DNA of 64,000 bases from Octopus vulgaris (taxonomy: Eukaryota). Below the pieces are notes generated by a model. It did no database searches. It was not told the DNA's origin and saw only the letters and a list, made by a program, of their open reading frames with translations. This document shows, in pieces, positions 51,156-63,544 of this stretch. Each line of letters opens with the position of its first letter. Positions within the stretch are counted from its first letter, which is position 1. The translations under genes and the position numbers were made by a program. Where the stretch lies: NCBI GenBank assembly GCA_951406725.2, contig OX597821.1:43214001-43278000 (forward strand), given 5' to 3'.

Positions 51156-52945
51156 CTAGCAATACACCCTGGCGCTGTCAGGGTGTTATGATCTATAGCC
51201 ACATTGTATTATATATATATACTAGCAAATTTACCAATCTACAATGGAGGCAAGTCATAATAGCAGTATGTATTGACAAATGTGTAAATGGACTTGAAAG
51301 ATTACTGGGTGATGTCTTAAGAGATCCCATTATTGTTGGTGATACAATGTTCTATTGCAGCTAAGTGACATGTGATGATGATTCACTCCCAAACTGAAAT
51401 AGGCTCCCAGCCTCTGTATCATGAATGGTTACGTGGACCACTCCTAACGAAATCCAGAGCTTCCTTCGACCACTACATAAAAACTATTAAGCAAAACAAT
51501 GTTATTTAAATATACTTTTATCTTAGTGGTTTACACTATTTAACACTTGTTTATTCTCTTATGTGGAGGCGCAATGGCCCAGTGGTTAGGGCAGCGGACT
51601 CGCGGTCGTAGGATCGCGGTTTCGATTCCCAGACCGGGCATTGTGAGTGTTTATTGAGCGAAAACACCTAAAAGCTCCACGAGGCTCCGGCAGGGGATGG
51701 TGGTGTTCCCTGCTGTACTCTTTCACCACAACTTTCTCTCACTCTTACTTCCTGTTTCTGTTGTACCTGTATTTCAAAGAGCCAGCCTTGTCACACTCTG
51801 TGTCATGCTGAATCTCCTCGAGAACTACATTAAGGGTACACGTGTCTGTGGAATGCTCAGTCACTTGTACGTTAATTCCACGAGCAAGCTGTTCCGTTGA
51901 TCGTATCAGCTGGGACCCTCATCGTCGTAACTGACGGAGTGCTCCTACTATTCTCTTATACATTCAAAGTTCACAAATTTTCTTATTTAAATTATGAATC
52001 ATGATGATGATGATGATGATTCCTTTTGATAAAATCAGTATGATTACAAAACTTCTTTGTAGATGATATTTTCTGCATGCGTGAGCAGATTCTTTAGGGT
52101 TGCAAAAAAAAAATCAAACTAAGACTTACCTCTCACTGTTCTATGCAAATAATGTCTGGATGTTCTGGTACCATGGTTAATTTTGATTGACAAAACTGAG
52201 ATGTAAACAACAGCTGCTTTGATTAGCCATTTTGAATCCTGCTCCAGACTGACACACTTCAATAACCACTAAATAACCACACATACACTATATATTGATG
52301 CACACTTTTCCATTTTATTTTCACTATTAACTGTCTTCGTGATTCCCTTCTTATCTACAATGGAGCCACGAACTATAACGATGAAAATCCAGAGTCACTC
52401 GTAGTCAGTGAATCTTTAATGAAAATGCAAAGGTGGTTTATCAATTCAAAAATCGATATCCATGAAATAATCCTACTTTCTGATTTTTTTAATGCTAAAA
52501 ACCTTCCTGATGACTGTCTTTGTAACCCCGAAAAATATTGTAACCCTTGGTCCAGCTATCTGGCTGTGAAGAAGGAACAGACAAAGTGACTATAGACAGA
52601 CATAACACAATACCCATTATAGTAAGATGGCAAATCAGCCATCTACAATGGGAAATAAAGGGAAACTATTGCAAATCTAAGCACTCTAAATTCACAAACT
52701 ATACAGGGGAGGGGGGATCCAGAGTTAATCCTTGCCAGAATTTTAACAACAAAAATCAAAAGTGATTTATTAATACAAAACTCAATATCCACTAAATAAT
52801 CATACTTATTCACATTTTTTTTCACTAAAGACCTTCCTGATTACCTCCTTCACAATCCCGAAAAACATTGTGACCATTGGTCCAGCCATTTGACTGTGAA
52901 GAGGGAACAGACAGACAGATGGACTTATTGCTCATTATAGTAAGA
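51156..52945 (-). mobile_element. Composite non-autonomous Helitron-like element
   Basis: Minus-strand 3' end is hairpin ACACCCTGACAGCGCCAGGGTGT + ATTGCTAG|T. Minus-strand 5' ends A|TCTTACTATAATG at 52945 and 52627. Confidence 0.5.
51563..51948 (+). mobile_element. Young tRNA-derived SINE with an 11-bp target-site duplication
   Basis: A box TGGCCCAGTGG, B box GTTTCGATTCC, CpGs retained. TATTCTCTTAT at 51552-51562 and 51949-51959. Confidence 0.92.
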
Positions 52946-54819
52946 TACTCAATTTTCCAGTTCAAGCAAAACATACACACAATACACAATGCACTCCAGT
53001 ATTGCCTGGGTCGTTGATAACAATAACACCATGACCAACTGGTATTGCAGTACATGTGTCTCTGATAAGGAAAAACTGATTTGAAATAGTACCAATCAGT
53101 GAACACGATGTGCATCCCAACCAATGAAGGGATATGCACTGTAGGCAAACTCATGTGTGTATGTAACCTTAATTTGCCCTCACACAAATGTCCAGTGTTG
53201 TTGTTGTCTTCACTGAGGTTATCAGGTCAGATATTTGTTTTCCATTGCATCACCCGTGTTACAGTAAATGTTCATTCAGCCAATGTGAAAAAAGGGAGAT
53301 TGTAGCAAAATCCTTACGAACTTTGCAGCTTATAGAATGAATATATACTAATAACGATAAACAACTTTGCATAAATTGGGTTGAATAAAGAGAAAAAATG
53401 TTAAAGGCAAAAAAGCTTGAAAGGTTTTAGTCATTGCTTCATTTAATCCTTGGGGAAATTTTATTGAATTTAAACATGAGTATGCTTGTTTGGCATTCCT
53501 GAGTCATTTGCTACCAAGAAAATCTACATGGACAAATTGTTTTCAGTAGTAATCCCAAAAGCAATCACAATATTTCAAAGACATTGTTTAATCATAGAAT
53601 ACTGAAGACATTTACAATGGCAGTTTAGTTGTGGCAGCAAGGCCATTATTGACAGAAAATGTGCCAATAATTGTTCCAAAAAAGTATGGTATTTTGGTCA
53701 TTTTCCATTGACAGATAGGGTTTTGTGCATCACAAATGCAGTCGTAACACTCCTTGTACATTGCTGCATTTTTTGACACTGGAAACTTTAAAATTGGCAA
53801 CGTACTTTAGAAGTAAATCCAAATATTGCCTGAAAATGACCTCAAAATTGTGTAACCTGACCTTGTTTACAAGGTAAAAAAGAGTTGTGCAAAAAACATA
53901 CTTCGTTTGGTAGCCAAAAGATTACTGATTCTTTTGATACCTCATACGTCAAAATTGGCAACTCAGTTTTCGACTCCATAAAACACATACACACAACTCT
54001 GTTTTAGCTGTGTAGCGTTAACCAGCTAGAGGAGATGTCCTTCATATAAATATATTTAGAGACAAATTTTAATTTGGAACACTGAGGTCTTAAGAATTTT
54101 GTTTAGTATTTTTGCTATTCCTTGAGTAGGTGGGAATCAGCAATATAACAAAGCAGATAAAATTGGGTATTTGCAACATTCAATCCTTTACCAAAAGCTC
54201 TAATATTTTCCCAAAGGAAAGCTAACAAGCAATTAAGATTATTCTATTTTGATCTGCCCTAGAATTTAAGTTCTTACAAACCAAGCTACCATCTTGCTAT
54301 GTAGTAAATATAATCTGCTCAATTAGAGTGGAAGATAAACTTTCAAAGAGATAAGCTTACACATTTCTTAACCTCATTAATATTTGGTCGTAATTATTTA
54401 CATTTAAATGCATTGTTGAAGTCGAAATTAAAGTTTAACAAAGTTGTTCTGAACATCTGAAGCAAAAGACATAGATGACCTATAAATCAATAGTTCTCTT
54501 CGATCTGTAATACCAAATGTTGACCAAAATCATTAGCTGAAACTGAAATCCCACTGTGAAGAGAATGATGTACAAACAGAGACACACACCCACTAAATGT
54601 GTCTTGACACTTTTATATACTATTTCTGAAATATCATATACAACTTTCAAATTTTTTAATAATACTATCTCTTCTGTTATTCCTTCCTCTCTTCTTCCAG
54701 CTGTCATTCCAATCACCCTGTCTTGCCCTCCACATTCTCACTTCTTTCTTCTTTTCATCTTAGTTATTTTTCTGTCCACCCTATTAGTACATTGCCTTGT
54801 ATAGACAGAGACAACGTAG

Positions 54820-55105
54820 GGTGCAAGGAGTGCCATGATAAGATGCACTCATCACATTGTAAATAGGTTGGAGAAAGTTAGAGTGGAGATCAACCTTAGT
54901 CTTGTGTTGTTGAGGTCATGATAAAATGTACCCAGTACACTTTTGTAGAGTAGTTGGTTACAGGAAGGGCATCCAGCTATAGAAACCATACCATATTTAA
55001 TGTTCAAGTGAAATGTGGTCCTTCAATCCATCTAGGAAGACAATAACTATGAAGAGTTGATGCAGACACTGATGATCCACCCAACCCATGCTAGCATGGA
55101 AAACA
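54820..55105 (+). mobile_element. Decayed RTE 3' tail
   Basis: AGGAAGGGCATCCAGCTATAGAAAC and CCAACCCATGCTAGCATGGAAAAC. Confidence 0.65.
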
Positions 55106-56996
55106 ATCATATCCAACCCTTTTAAGAAACACAATGCATAATATATATTTTGTGACAAGAATAGTAGAATTGGCTACAATTACTGGACTGAGGTTATAAG
55201 AGACTCAAAAACTGACATCTGTTGTGCTTTTGCTAAATATGTTTATGCAGTTGTGAGCTGAAACAGACACCAGACACCCTTTTGGCCCTTGATCTATGAT
55301 CCAATGGAACATCCAAGATGTAACAGTAGAAGGAAAAGAGGTTTGTCCCAGTAGCTGGAAGGTACTCATTTACAACAGTGTAGAGTGAAGCAATGTGAAA
55401 TGAAAGGCCTTGCTCAAAGACACATATCACCTAGTCAAGGAAGTGAAGCCACCTTATCATAACGAGCTGAACATCCAACCATTAGGCTACACAACTTCAC
55501 TGATAATGGAACAGAGACACATAAAGAACTACAAAAGAGAAATGAGTAGAAATGTAAACCTGAAGTATGTAGATTTAGAAGTTAAGATCCACCAAAGCAA
55601 CAAACAGAAAACAGTACCACAAGGGGAAATAGTAGATACAGGTGTCCAAGTAGAGAGATATATGTAGGGTGGCTTTCACAAGTAGAAAGATACTGATTAA
55701 TCATATTAGCATTGACTTAAACTGAGTTCAAATACAGAAACGCAATATGCTAAATGTGTGCGTGTAAACAGTGAATCATTAAAGACACAGGATCTAACAC
55801 TTCTGGAGGATTAAAATGGATATAGTAGCACAGTTTAATTGAAATTATAATCATGTCAGAGCATGTTAGAAGTAATAGTAGGTTCCAAATAGTCTGATGA
55901 TAAATAGTTACTGTGTGAAAGCAGAAATAATAATTCTTTAAAATTCAGATCTGACTGAAGCAGTAACACGTTACAATTGTTTATTTAATGATAGAAAATA
56001 ATTTCAAAGTCCACAGGTTAACTATAAACATTCATTGTATGGTTAGAAGAAATAAGTAATTATTCCTTCATTTATTTATACACAGTCTTCAATTTTTCTA
56101 AGAAAATGAAATGAAATGAAATAAAATAACAAAATATTTACACCACCACATTTAAGAATTTGTCATCTCGTGTTTGAGAATGCTTGTGCCTCTACTGTAA
56201 AAGCACAAACATTCTGAAGAGCAAGATGACAAATTCTTAAATGTGATGATGTAAATGTTTTATTTAATTTAATTTCCTTGGAAAAATTTGAAGACTTTCT
56301 GCACCTGTATATAAATAAACTAAGGAACAATTCCTTCAGTCCTTCTGACTAACCTTATTGTTACTGATATACTACTGCAAATTTTTTATTTAGATGCATT
56401 TTTTTTCCATATTCATTTACTACACTTTGTTTTAGATCTATTATAGTATTTTTTTTTTCATTTTTGTGACTGGGTTTTAAACTAGGGATTAACTGCAGAA
56501 ACATACATTGGACACATTTAGATCAAATATGCTGTATAACTGACTGTAGAAAAAAAAATATGCAGATGTATTAATCTCCATATTCATTGTAATTGTCTTG
56601 AATACACACTTGGTAAACTATTTATAATCCAGCAAAGTGAGCTCAGGATTTACCCATCAGATGAAATACATTGAGATTGTTTACCGCAAGTAATCCTAGG
56701 TGTTCATTACCACTTGATGTGGTTAGCCATAACTTGGATTATAACTGAGTGCTTGAACAGTACCTGCCTAGATACTTCATCACTATCTATTCACTATACA
56801 CACACACACAATATAAATAAGCAGATTTGTATAACATGCCTTGTGTCTCCATGGCAAGAAACTATTAGTAGCACATTTTAATACTGTGCACATTAAATGA
56901 CATTTATTTCTCACTGGATTGAGTACTTTTTTTGTTGATCCTACCTTAATGGTAAACTATATAGATATATATATATATTTATATATATTTATATAT

Positions 56997-57306
56997 ATGA
57001 AGGTGCGTGGCTTAGTGGTTAGGGGCATTCGGCTCATGATTGTAAGGTTGTGAGTTCAATGTTGTGTCCTTGAGCAAGACACTTTATTTCGCGCTGCTCC
57101 AGTCCACTCAGCTGGCAAAAATGGGTCGAACCTGTATTTCAAAGAGTCAGCCTTGTCACACTCTGTGTCATGCTGAATCTCCCCGAGAACTACGTGTTAA
57201 GGGTCCATAGTGCTCATCCAGTTGCACGTTAATTTCACGAGCAAGCTGTTCCGTTGATCATATTAGCTGGGACCCTCGTCGTCACAACCAACAGAGTGCT
57301 CCTACT
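56997..57306 (+). mobile_element. tRNA-derived SINE sharing its 3' half with 51563-51948
   Basis: TGGCTTAGTGG / GAGTTCAAT boxes; shared CAGCCTTGTCACACTCTGTGTCATGCTGAATCT body. Confidence 0.85.
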
Positions 57307-57998
57307 ATATATATATATATATATATACATACATACATACACACACACATATATATATATATGTGTGTGTCATAATTATTGGTTATTTCCCATAACCAGT
57401 CACTGAGCTGGTTATGGGAAATAAAAGCACTGAACACAAATTAGTGATTGGCTGGACTTGATACTCTCAAAACCAATTCCATCATTAAAAGACAATATCC
57501 ACTCATGTGACAGTTTCGATAAGCTTACAACAATCCTATACCCATCTCCCTTTTCCAGGTTTAATTCTCTTCCCTACTCTCTACCCATCTGACAGCATTC
57601 GGAATCATTACCACTGGAGCCTTGTACATATTTCATACTTCGAAATAAAAAAGACAGAGGCTAAAAGTGCCAAAATAATTTTTTGTTTATCTTTACAATA
57701 TAGAACTAATATAGAAACTAAAAATTTAGGTTGCATTGAAAAAAAGAGAAAAACCACTGCCTTCCATCTAATAGAAAGACAAAGTGATGAAGAATACAAC
57801 ATAGTTAAAACCCTTATGTTTTAGCATGCAGTTTAGCAAAGTATTTGCTCAACTAAAAATTAAAAGATTACTTATTTCATTTACATAATTATTTGTGAAA
57901 ATTACAACTAATTTTGAATAGAAATTTTAAGAAAAAAATATGCCATTTTTAAGAAATAGCAGAATGCTATAAAAAGAGGAAAAAGTTACAAGCAACAC

Positions 57999-58031
57999 TA
58001 TATATATATATATATATACATATATATATAC

Positions 58032-58084
<53 letters not shown>

Positions 58085-58122
58085 CATATATATATACATA
58101 TATATATATACATATATATATA

Positions 58123-58186
<64 letters not shown>

Positions 58187-58223
58187 CATATATATACATA
58201 TATATATATACATATATATATAC

Positions 58224-58272
<49 letters not shown>

Positions 58273-58305
58273 TATATACATATATATATATACATATATA
58301 TATAC

Positions 58306-58336
<31 letters not shown>

Positions 58337-58348
58337 CATATATATATA
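57999..58348. repeat. ~350-bp compound (TA)n/(TACA) microsatellite
   Basis: Directly visible. Confidence 0.98.
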
Positions 58349-58502
58349 ACTTAAATAAACTGTGCAAGACAGGGATAGTTTCCAACTAATGGAAACCTGA
58401 AACACTGACTCGCAGCGTGTTAAAACACAACTTTAAACCCATGCAAAAAAAGAAAAGGCAATTTAAATATGTCAAAGATTATATAAACATATTTATATAT
58501 AC

Positions 58503-58532
58503 CCCACTTCTCTCCGATGGTGACAGCAAGGC
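58503..58532 (-). CDS. Candidate 30-nt micro-exon (ALLSPSERSG) in the long upstream SFT2 intron
   Basis: GC-rich 30-mer in very AT-rich DNA, with TTCTTTTTTTAG acceptor and GTATAT donor. Phase 0-0; TGCATG about 57 nt downstream. Confidence 0.5.
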
Positions 58533-60671
58533 CTAAAAAAAGAATGTATATTATTTATACATACAGAACATGCCAAGAACAGAGTGGAGAGTTAAATTGT
58601 AATAATTTTGTTAAAATTAAAGTGTGTCCCTTGAAATAAATAAATTTAAAAGGTTAATTAAAATGTGAATAAATATTTTGCTGAAATTAAAAAGTATTAA
58701 TTATTCTTAGTGGTATAATGCAGAGAAGAAAAATATGCAATACAAAATATGTTAGTATTTTAAAGTTGCAACTTTTCAGATAATATTTCAGATGATAACT
58801 TCAGTTGAATTCAGTTACTAGCAGACATTATTGCGTTTTTAGCTAGCATCCATGGCTTTCCACAATTTCAGTTTTTATTGCAAATATATCTTTATATATT
58901 CTCATTCAACACACACACAAACTGTTTTAAATTAGATCTTATAATTAACTGATGTATTGGATTAGGGACTTCTATATGGTGACTTGACTTGCAATGGGAA
59001 AAAAAAAAAGAAAAAAAGACTAAAATTCAAATCTTCCTCAAATCGCAATCTATTGAAAGAAAAAGAAGAAAAAAAAAACAAATAAGGTAATCTCAGATAA
59101 TATATGTCCAGAAATATGGCTTGTTATGGTTGGATCATTTTTGACCATATGGTTTGATCATTTTTATCAAAGCTTACTAGGAGTATGCAACAACGACTAA
59201 CCATTTGTTAAATTACAATTTATATCTAACGAAGAAAGCTGCTTAATTTGTTGGGAGTATGTAATTTTACTAAAAGAAAGCAATTATTAAAGTCTACACT
59301 GTCTAGAAAATGGGTGAAAATTCTAATTTTAGTATATTTTGTTTTTTTATCAAAATGTGATTTTCAAGAATTTTTTACTACTGAAGATTTCAATAGCAGA
59401 AAATTAATTTTAATTCATTGTGAGTTAGCATTAATTTTTAAAATTGCAGAATAGCGTTCTCTCTCATTCTTCTTTCTCTTTCACATACACTTCATTGTGC
59501 TACTATCTACAGACATAACAGTAAAACCATTTCTCCAAATTATAAGTTTAATCCAACATTAACCAAATTATGCTAATTCCAATATCCTTTCATATATTTG
59601 TTGGGTGTTTTTGAAGAAATAGAAAGCCGAAGAAGAAAAGTAGTTTTAATTTATTTATGTCAATTGTACAAAATATAAGCTTGCCTAATTTCCTTTCTCC
59701 CAAAGTATTTTCCCTATCCCCTGACTTTGTTTCCTCATAACTTTCTGAAAAATGGATATTTTCTAATGAAATTTTTTACAAATACCTCTCAGTGTAGATT
59801 ATGATTATATTGGAATTATTTCTGAAAAATTTTTCAAAGATGGAGGAGTTTCAGATAAACTACATGCCTAAACTTTGTTTCCTTATAACTTTCACATTCT
59901 GATGATGTAGATTACAAAGGTGTTGCAAACAAAAAATTATATTCGAGGACTATTCCACCCTTTCCCTTCTGGATTATGAAATTTCCCTGAGGTAGCTGAA
60001 GATACAAAAAAAAAAAAAACCAGAGGAAAATTTGTTGGTTAGGTTATTTGGTATGCTATAAACCTTAGAATATACCCAAATGATCACTGCTATTTCTAGA
60101 ATACTAAAATACCATGCAGAGGATGGGTTACCTTTGAATTTGTTTAAAAGAGAGAAATTAACTTGGCTAAGTTAAAGTAATATAACACCTGATTTCTTCA
60201 TAAATTCTAATACTATTAGGTATAATTTTAAATTCATTTATCGAGCAAGTGAGTACTAATAAAGGATAAAAAGGAAAATTAAACATCCCAGAAAAATTAT
60301 GCAAATTGGGAATCAAATATGTAAAAATTTAGTGACCAGCAGAAAACTGCTCTTTTAGTTATTTCGATGAATAAACTTAGTAATTCACTGACTGAATCTG
60401 TATCAATCAAAATATTAATTCAAAACATAATTGACGATTAACTATCACTTTTACAAATATCGTACTTATTTTCAAGGTTTACATAAATTACTTCTCAGCT
60501 ATTTGGAAGAGGGAAAACTTATTTTATAATTATATTGTATTGTTACATAGCTATGTTTTATAACTTTTGCTTTAAGAGGACTCTTTTAAGTTTCTCAAAA
60601 GTTAAGGTGACCACTCAGTGACACTTAAAGATTGTTACTGTCAGCTTCTTTGGTAGTTATAACTAACTAGT

Positions 60672-60892
60672 TATTACATACAGAGACAACCATTAGTATT
60701 CCCAGTAGCTTTACATTGCTATTAAGAATTCATTGATAGTTAAAACACCTCCTTTATATTGTAAAGAGGTACCAAAGATGAAAAATAAACAGTACCTCTT
60801 TACAATATAAAGGAGGTGTTTTAACTATCAATGAATTCTTAATAGCAATGTAAAGCTACTGGGAATACTAATGGTTGTCTCTGTATGTAATA
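60672..60892. repeat. Perfect 101-bp inverted repeat with a 19-nt loop
   Basis: 60672-60772 is the exact reverse complement of 60792-60892. Confidence 0.95.
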
Positions 60893-61288
60893 TAAAAGGG
60901 TTCTATTTGGATTCTGGGAAGAAAAAAAAACTTAATGCATTGTTGAGGGGACAGTTTAGTCTTGTTGTAACTGATGTCTCTAGTGTTTGTGGTATGGTAA
61001 AATGTATCCAAAAAGGGAGAAATGACCAGATGTGAACCCTGCTACCATTGAAATCTACAGACAGGCAGAAGTGGATAGTGAGGGGGTTTGTGATATGTCC
61101 AAACTGTATTTTACACAATCCATCACTGCATATTGCAGAGTTCAGTATAGTTCACATTAGGGTAGAGATATAGTATAACTGGGAAAAACTGGAAAAAAAA
61201 CCAGATCATTTCTAGCTGTTCAGTCAAGTACCCACATACAAGAAGACTGCTCCTTCAGAAGTGACCTAGATTTATATAACAGCAGTAG

Positions 61289-61667
61289 TGGAGGCGCAAT
61301 GGCCCAATGGTTAGGGCAGTGGACTCATGGTCGGAGGATCGCGGTTTCGATTCCCAGACTGGGCGTTGTGAGTGTTTATTGAGCGAGGCTCTGGCAGAGG
61401 GTGGTGGTGACCCCTGTTGTACTCTTTCGCTCCAACTTTCTCTCACTCTTTCTTCCTGTTTCTTGTCCCCAACTTCCTATGCAACTGCTGAGCCTGAATG
61501 CGCATTCATCCATCCGTCAATGCTCTCGGTGTCGGGGGTTGACCTGCTTTCTCTTCTGTGGGTCTTACGAATAGCAAAGGACCACGTTTCGGACTTCTCC
61601 CACTACAGAGGCGCGATCTTGCGAGCTCTGGGACGAAGACCGCTTCGCTCAACAAACAAACAAATAA
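61289..61667 (+). mobile_element. tRNA-derived SINE with the 51563-type head and a different 3' end
   Basis: GGAGGCGCAATGGCCCAATGG...GTTTCGATTCCCAGAC head; (AAAC)n tail; AACAGCAG on both flanks. Confidence 0.85.
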
Positions 61668-62075
61668 ACAGCAGCAGCAGCTACCACCCTCACCACCTAT
61701 AATATATATTTTCAATGATGTTTTAAACAGTGTGTAAAGTGAGTGGCCAAAAGTAAGTAAGTGGATCTAATTAGTTAAAATATCAGTGAGTATTGATGTA
61801 GTTAAGTACAAGGCTAGTTATTATTATAGAAAACATGTTTATTGTGCATGTCCAAAACTTTACAACCACTACGGTTAATTTAGGTGTAAAGAAAGGAAGG
61901 TCCAGGGTGATTGTTGGGGTAATAGAACATACTTAGATGTATGTAGTGTATAATAAGTTAGATGGTGAGGAGCTTTGTCATCTAACCTCTTATGGACAAA
62001 GAACAAGGGTACAAATTTTTCTGGGTAGGCAGCAGTAACAGTGCCCCACTCTCTGCCAATAGTATGTTCATATTA

Positions 62076-63359
62076 TTAGGTTGTTCCAAAAATAATGGCC
62101 GCTCTAAGTGTTATGTTTTGAAATGCAATTTTATCATAGTATTTTAATTATATTTTAGGTGAATTTTGACATACTTAATAATTGATGTATGCTTTTTAAT
62201 AATTTTCTACTTATTTCAGACAGAAAACATTCTTGAAGTATAGGTGCCTTTAATTATGAACATGACAAAAAAAGGACCTTTGCTTACTTTTCTTGCAGGA
62301 GTTGAAGCTTGGGCTCAGTTCCTCCCAAACTGCTGTCAATATCAACAGAGCATGGGGAGAAGGGTCCAAAAGTGATTGCACAGTACGAAGGTGGTTTCAG
62401 AAATTTCATAGTGGTGACGAGAGCCTTGAAGATGAAGAAGGTAGAGGACGGTCATGCAGTCTTGACAATGAAAAATTGAAAGCAACTGTTGAACAAAACC
62501 CATGTCGAAGTGTCAGAGAAATATCTCAAGCACTTGGTGTTGGTATTGCAATGGTCTCACGCAGTCTGCAGAAGATTGGTAAGATGAAAAAGCTTGAAAA
62601 ATGGGTACTGCATGAGCTCAATGAAAATTAAAAAGTTTGGCATTTTGAAGTGTGCTTGATGCTCTTTCGGTGAAATGGCAATGATCCTTTTCTTGACCGA
62701 ATAGTGACTTGTGATGAAAAGTAGATCCTTTATGATAACCATAAACAATCAGGTCAATGGCTTGATTGTGATGAGTCCCCCAAACATTTCCCAAAGCCAA
62801 AGTTGCATCAGCAAAAGATTATGATGACTGTCTAGTGGTCTGCAATTGGTGTTATCTATTACAGCTTTCTAGAAGCTAATCAGAGCATTACAACAGAGGT
62901 TTACTGCAATCAACTCACTGAAATGCATGCTCACTTGTGAAAAATGCGACCTGCATTGGTGAATTGGAATGGCCCAATTCTGCTCCACGATAATGCAAAC
63001 TACATGTTGCAAGAATGACACTGCAGAAACTCACAGACTTGGGATACAATACTTTACCACATCCTCGATATTCTCCTAATTGTTCACTCACTGACTACCA
63101 TCTTTTAAAGCATTTAAACAAGTTTTTAAATGATAAAACTTTCAGGTCTAAACCAGAGGTGGAATCAGTTTTAAAAGATTTCTTAGCATCAAAGCCAATA
63201 AGATTTTACCAACAAGGCATAAATAATCTTGCTGATTGATGGCAGAAATGCATAGATGTTCATGGCTCATACTTTGACTAATCAAAACATTTCTATTGTT
63301 AATTTTTCCAGAGTAAAATAGTGTTTTTGAAATTGGCCATTATTTTAGGAACAACCTAA
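62076..63359 (+). mobile_element. Full-length (~1.28 kb) mariner transposon, pseudogenised D,D34D transposase about 62256-63281
   Basis: TA TSDs; TIRs TTAGGTTGTTCCAAAAATAATGGCC / GGCCATTATTTTAGGAACAACCTAA. WVLHEL, IVTCDEK, HDNA, HPRYSP..TDYHL and GSYFD* motifs; several stops. Confidence 0.95.
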
Positions 63360-63544
63360 TACTAGTAGAGAAAGGGGTAGTTAAAGTAATCAAGTTGGAG
63401 TGTATGATAGAATAATTAAGCTTATACTAGTCTTGAATAGTACAACTTTTAACTTTGCATAAACTTCACAGTCTAAACTGATATATGAACAGAAGAACCA
63501 ATTATATGAGACCATCATGTAGACTACCTCATAGACAAATGGCA

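Noticed and set aside
51567-51640. tRNA gene (also at about 61292 and 57000)
   Set aside because: A and B boxes are present, but there is no proper acceptor stem and the sequence continues into a SINE body with a TSD.
53470-53990. Possible decayed DNA-transposase remnant
   Set aside because: It looks coding-like, but I could not identify a diagnostic motif or termini.
56214-56245. Hammerhead starting at CTGAAGA
   Set aside because: No correctly placed stem II, GAAA or stem III follows.
57927-58405. Long Y/I/M/C-rich ORFs in the ORF track
   Set aside because: They are translations of a (TA)n microsatellite.
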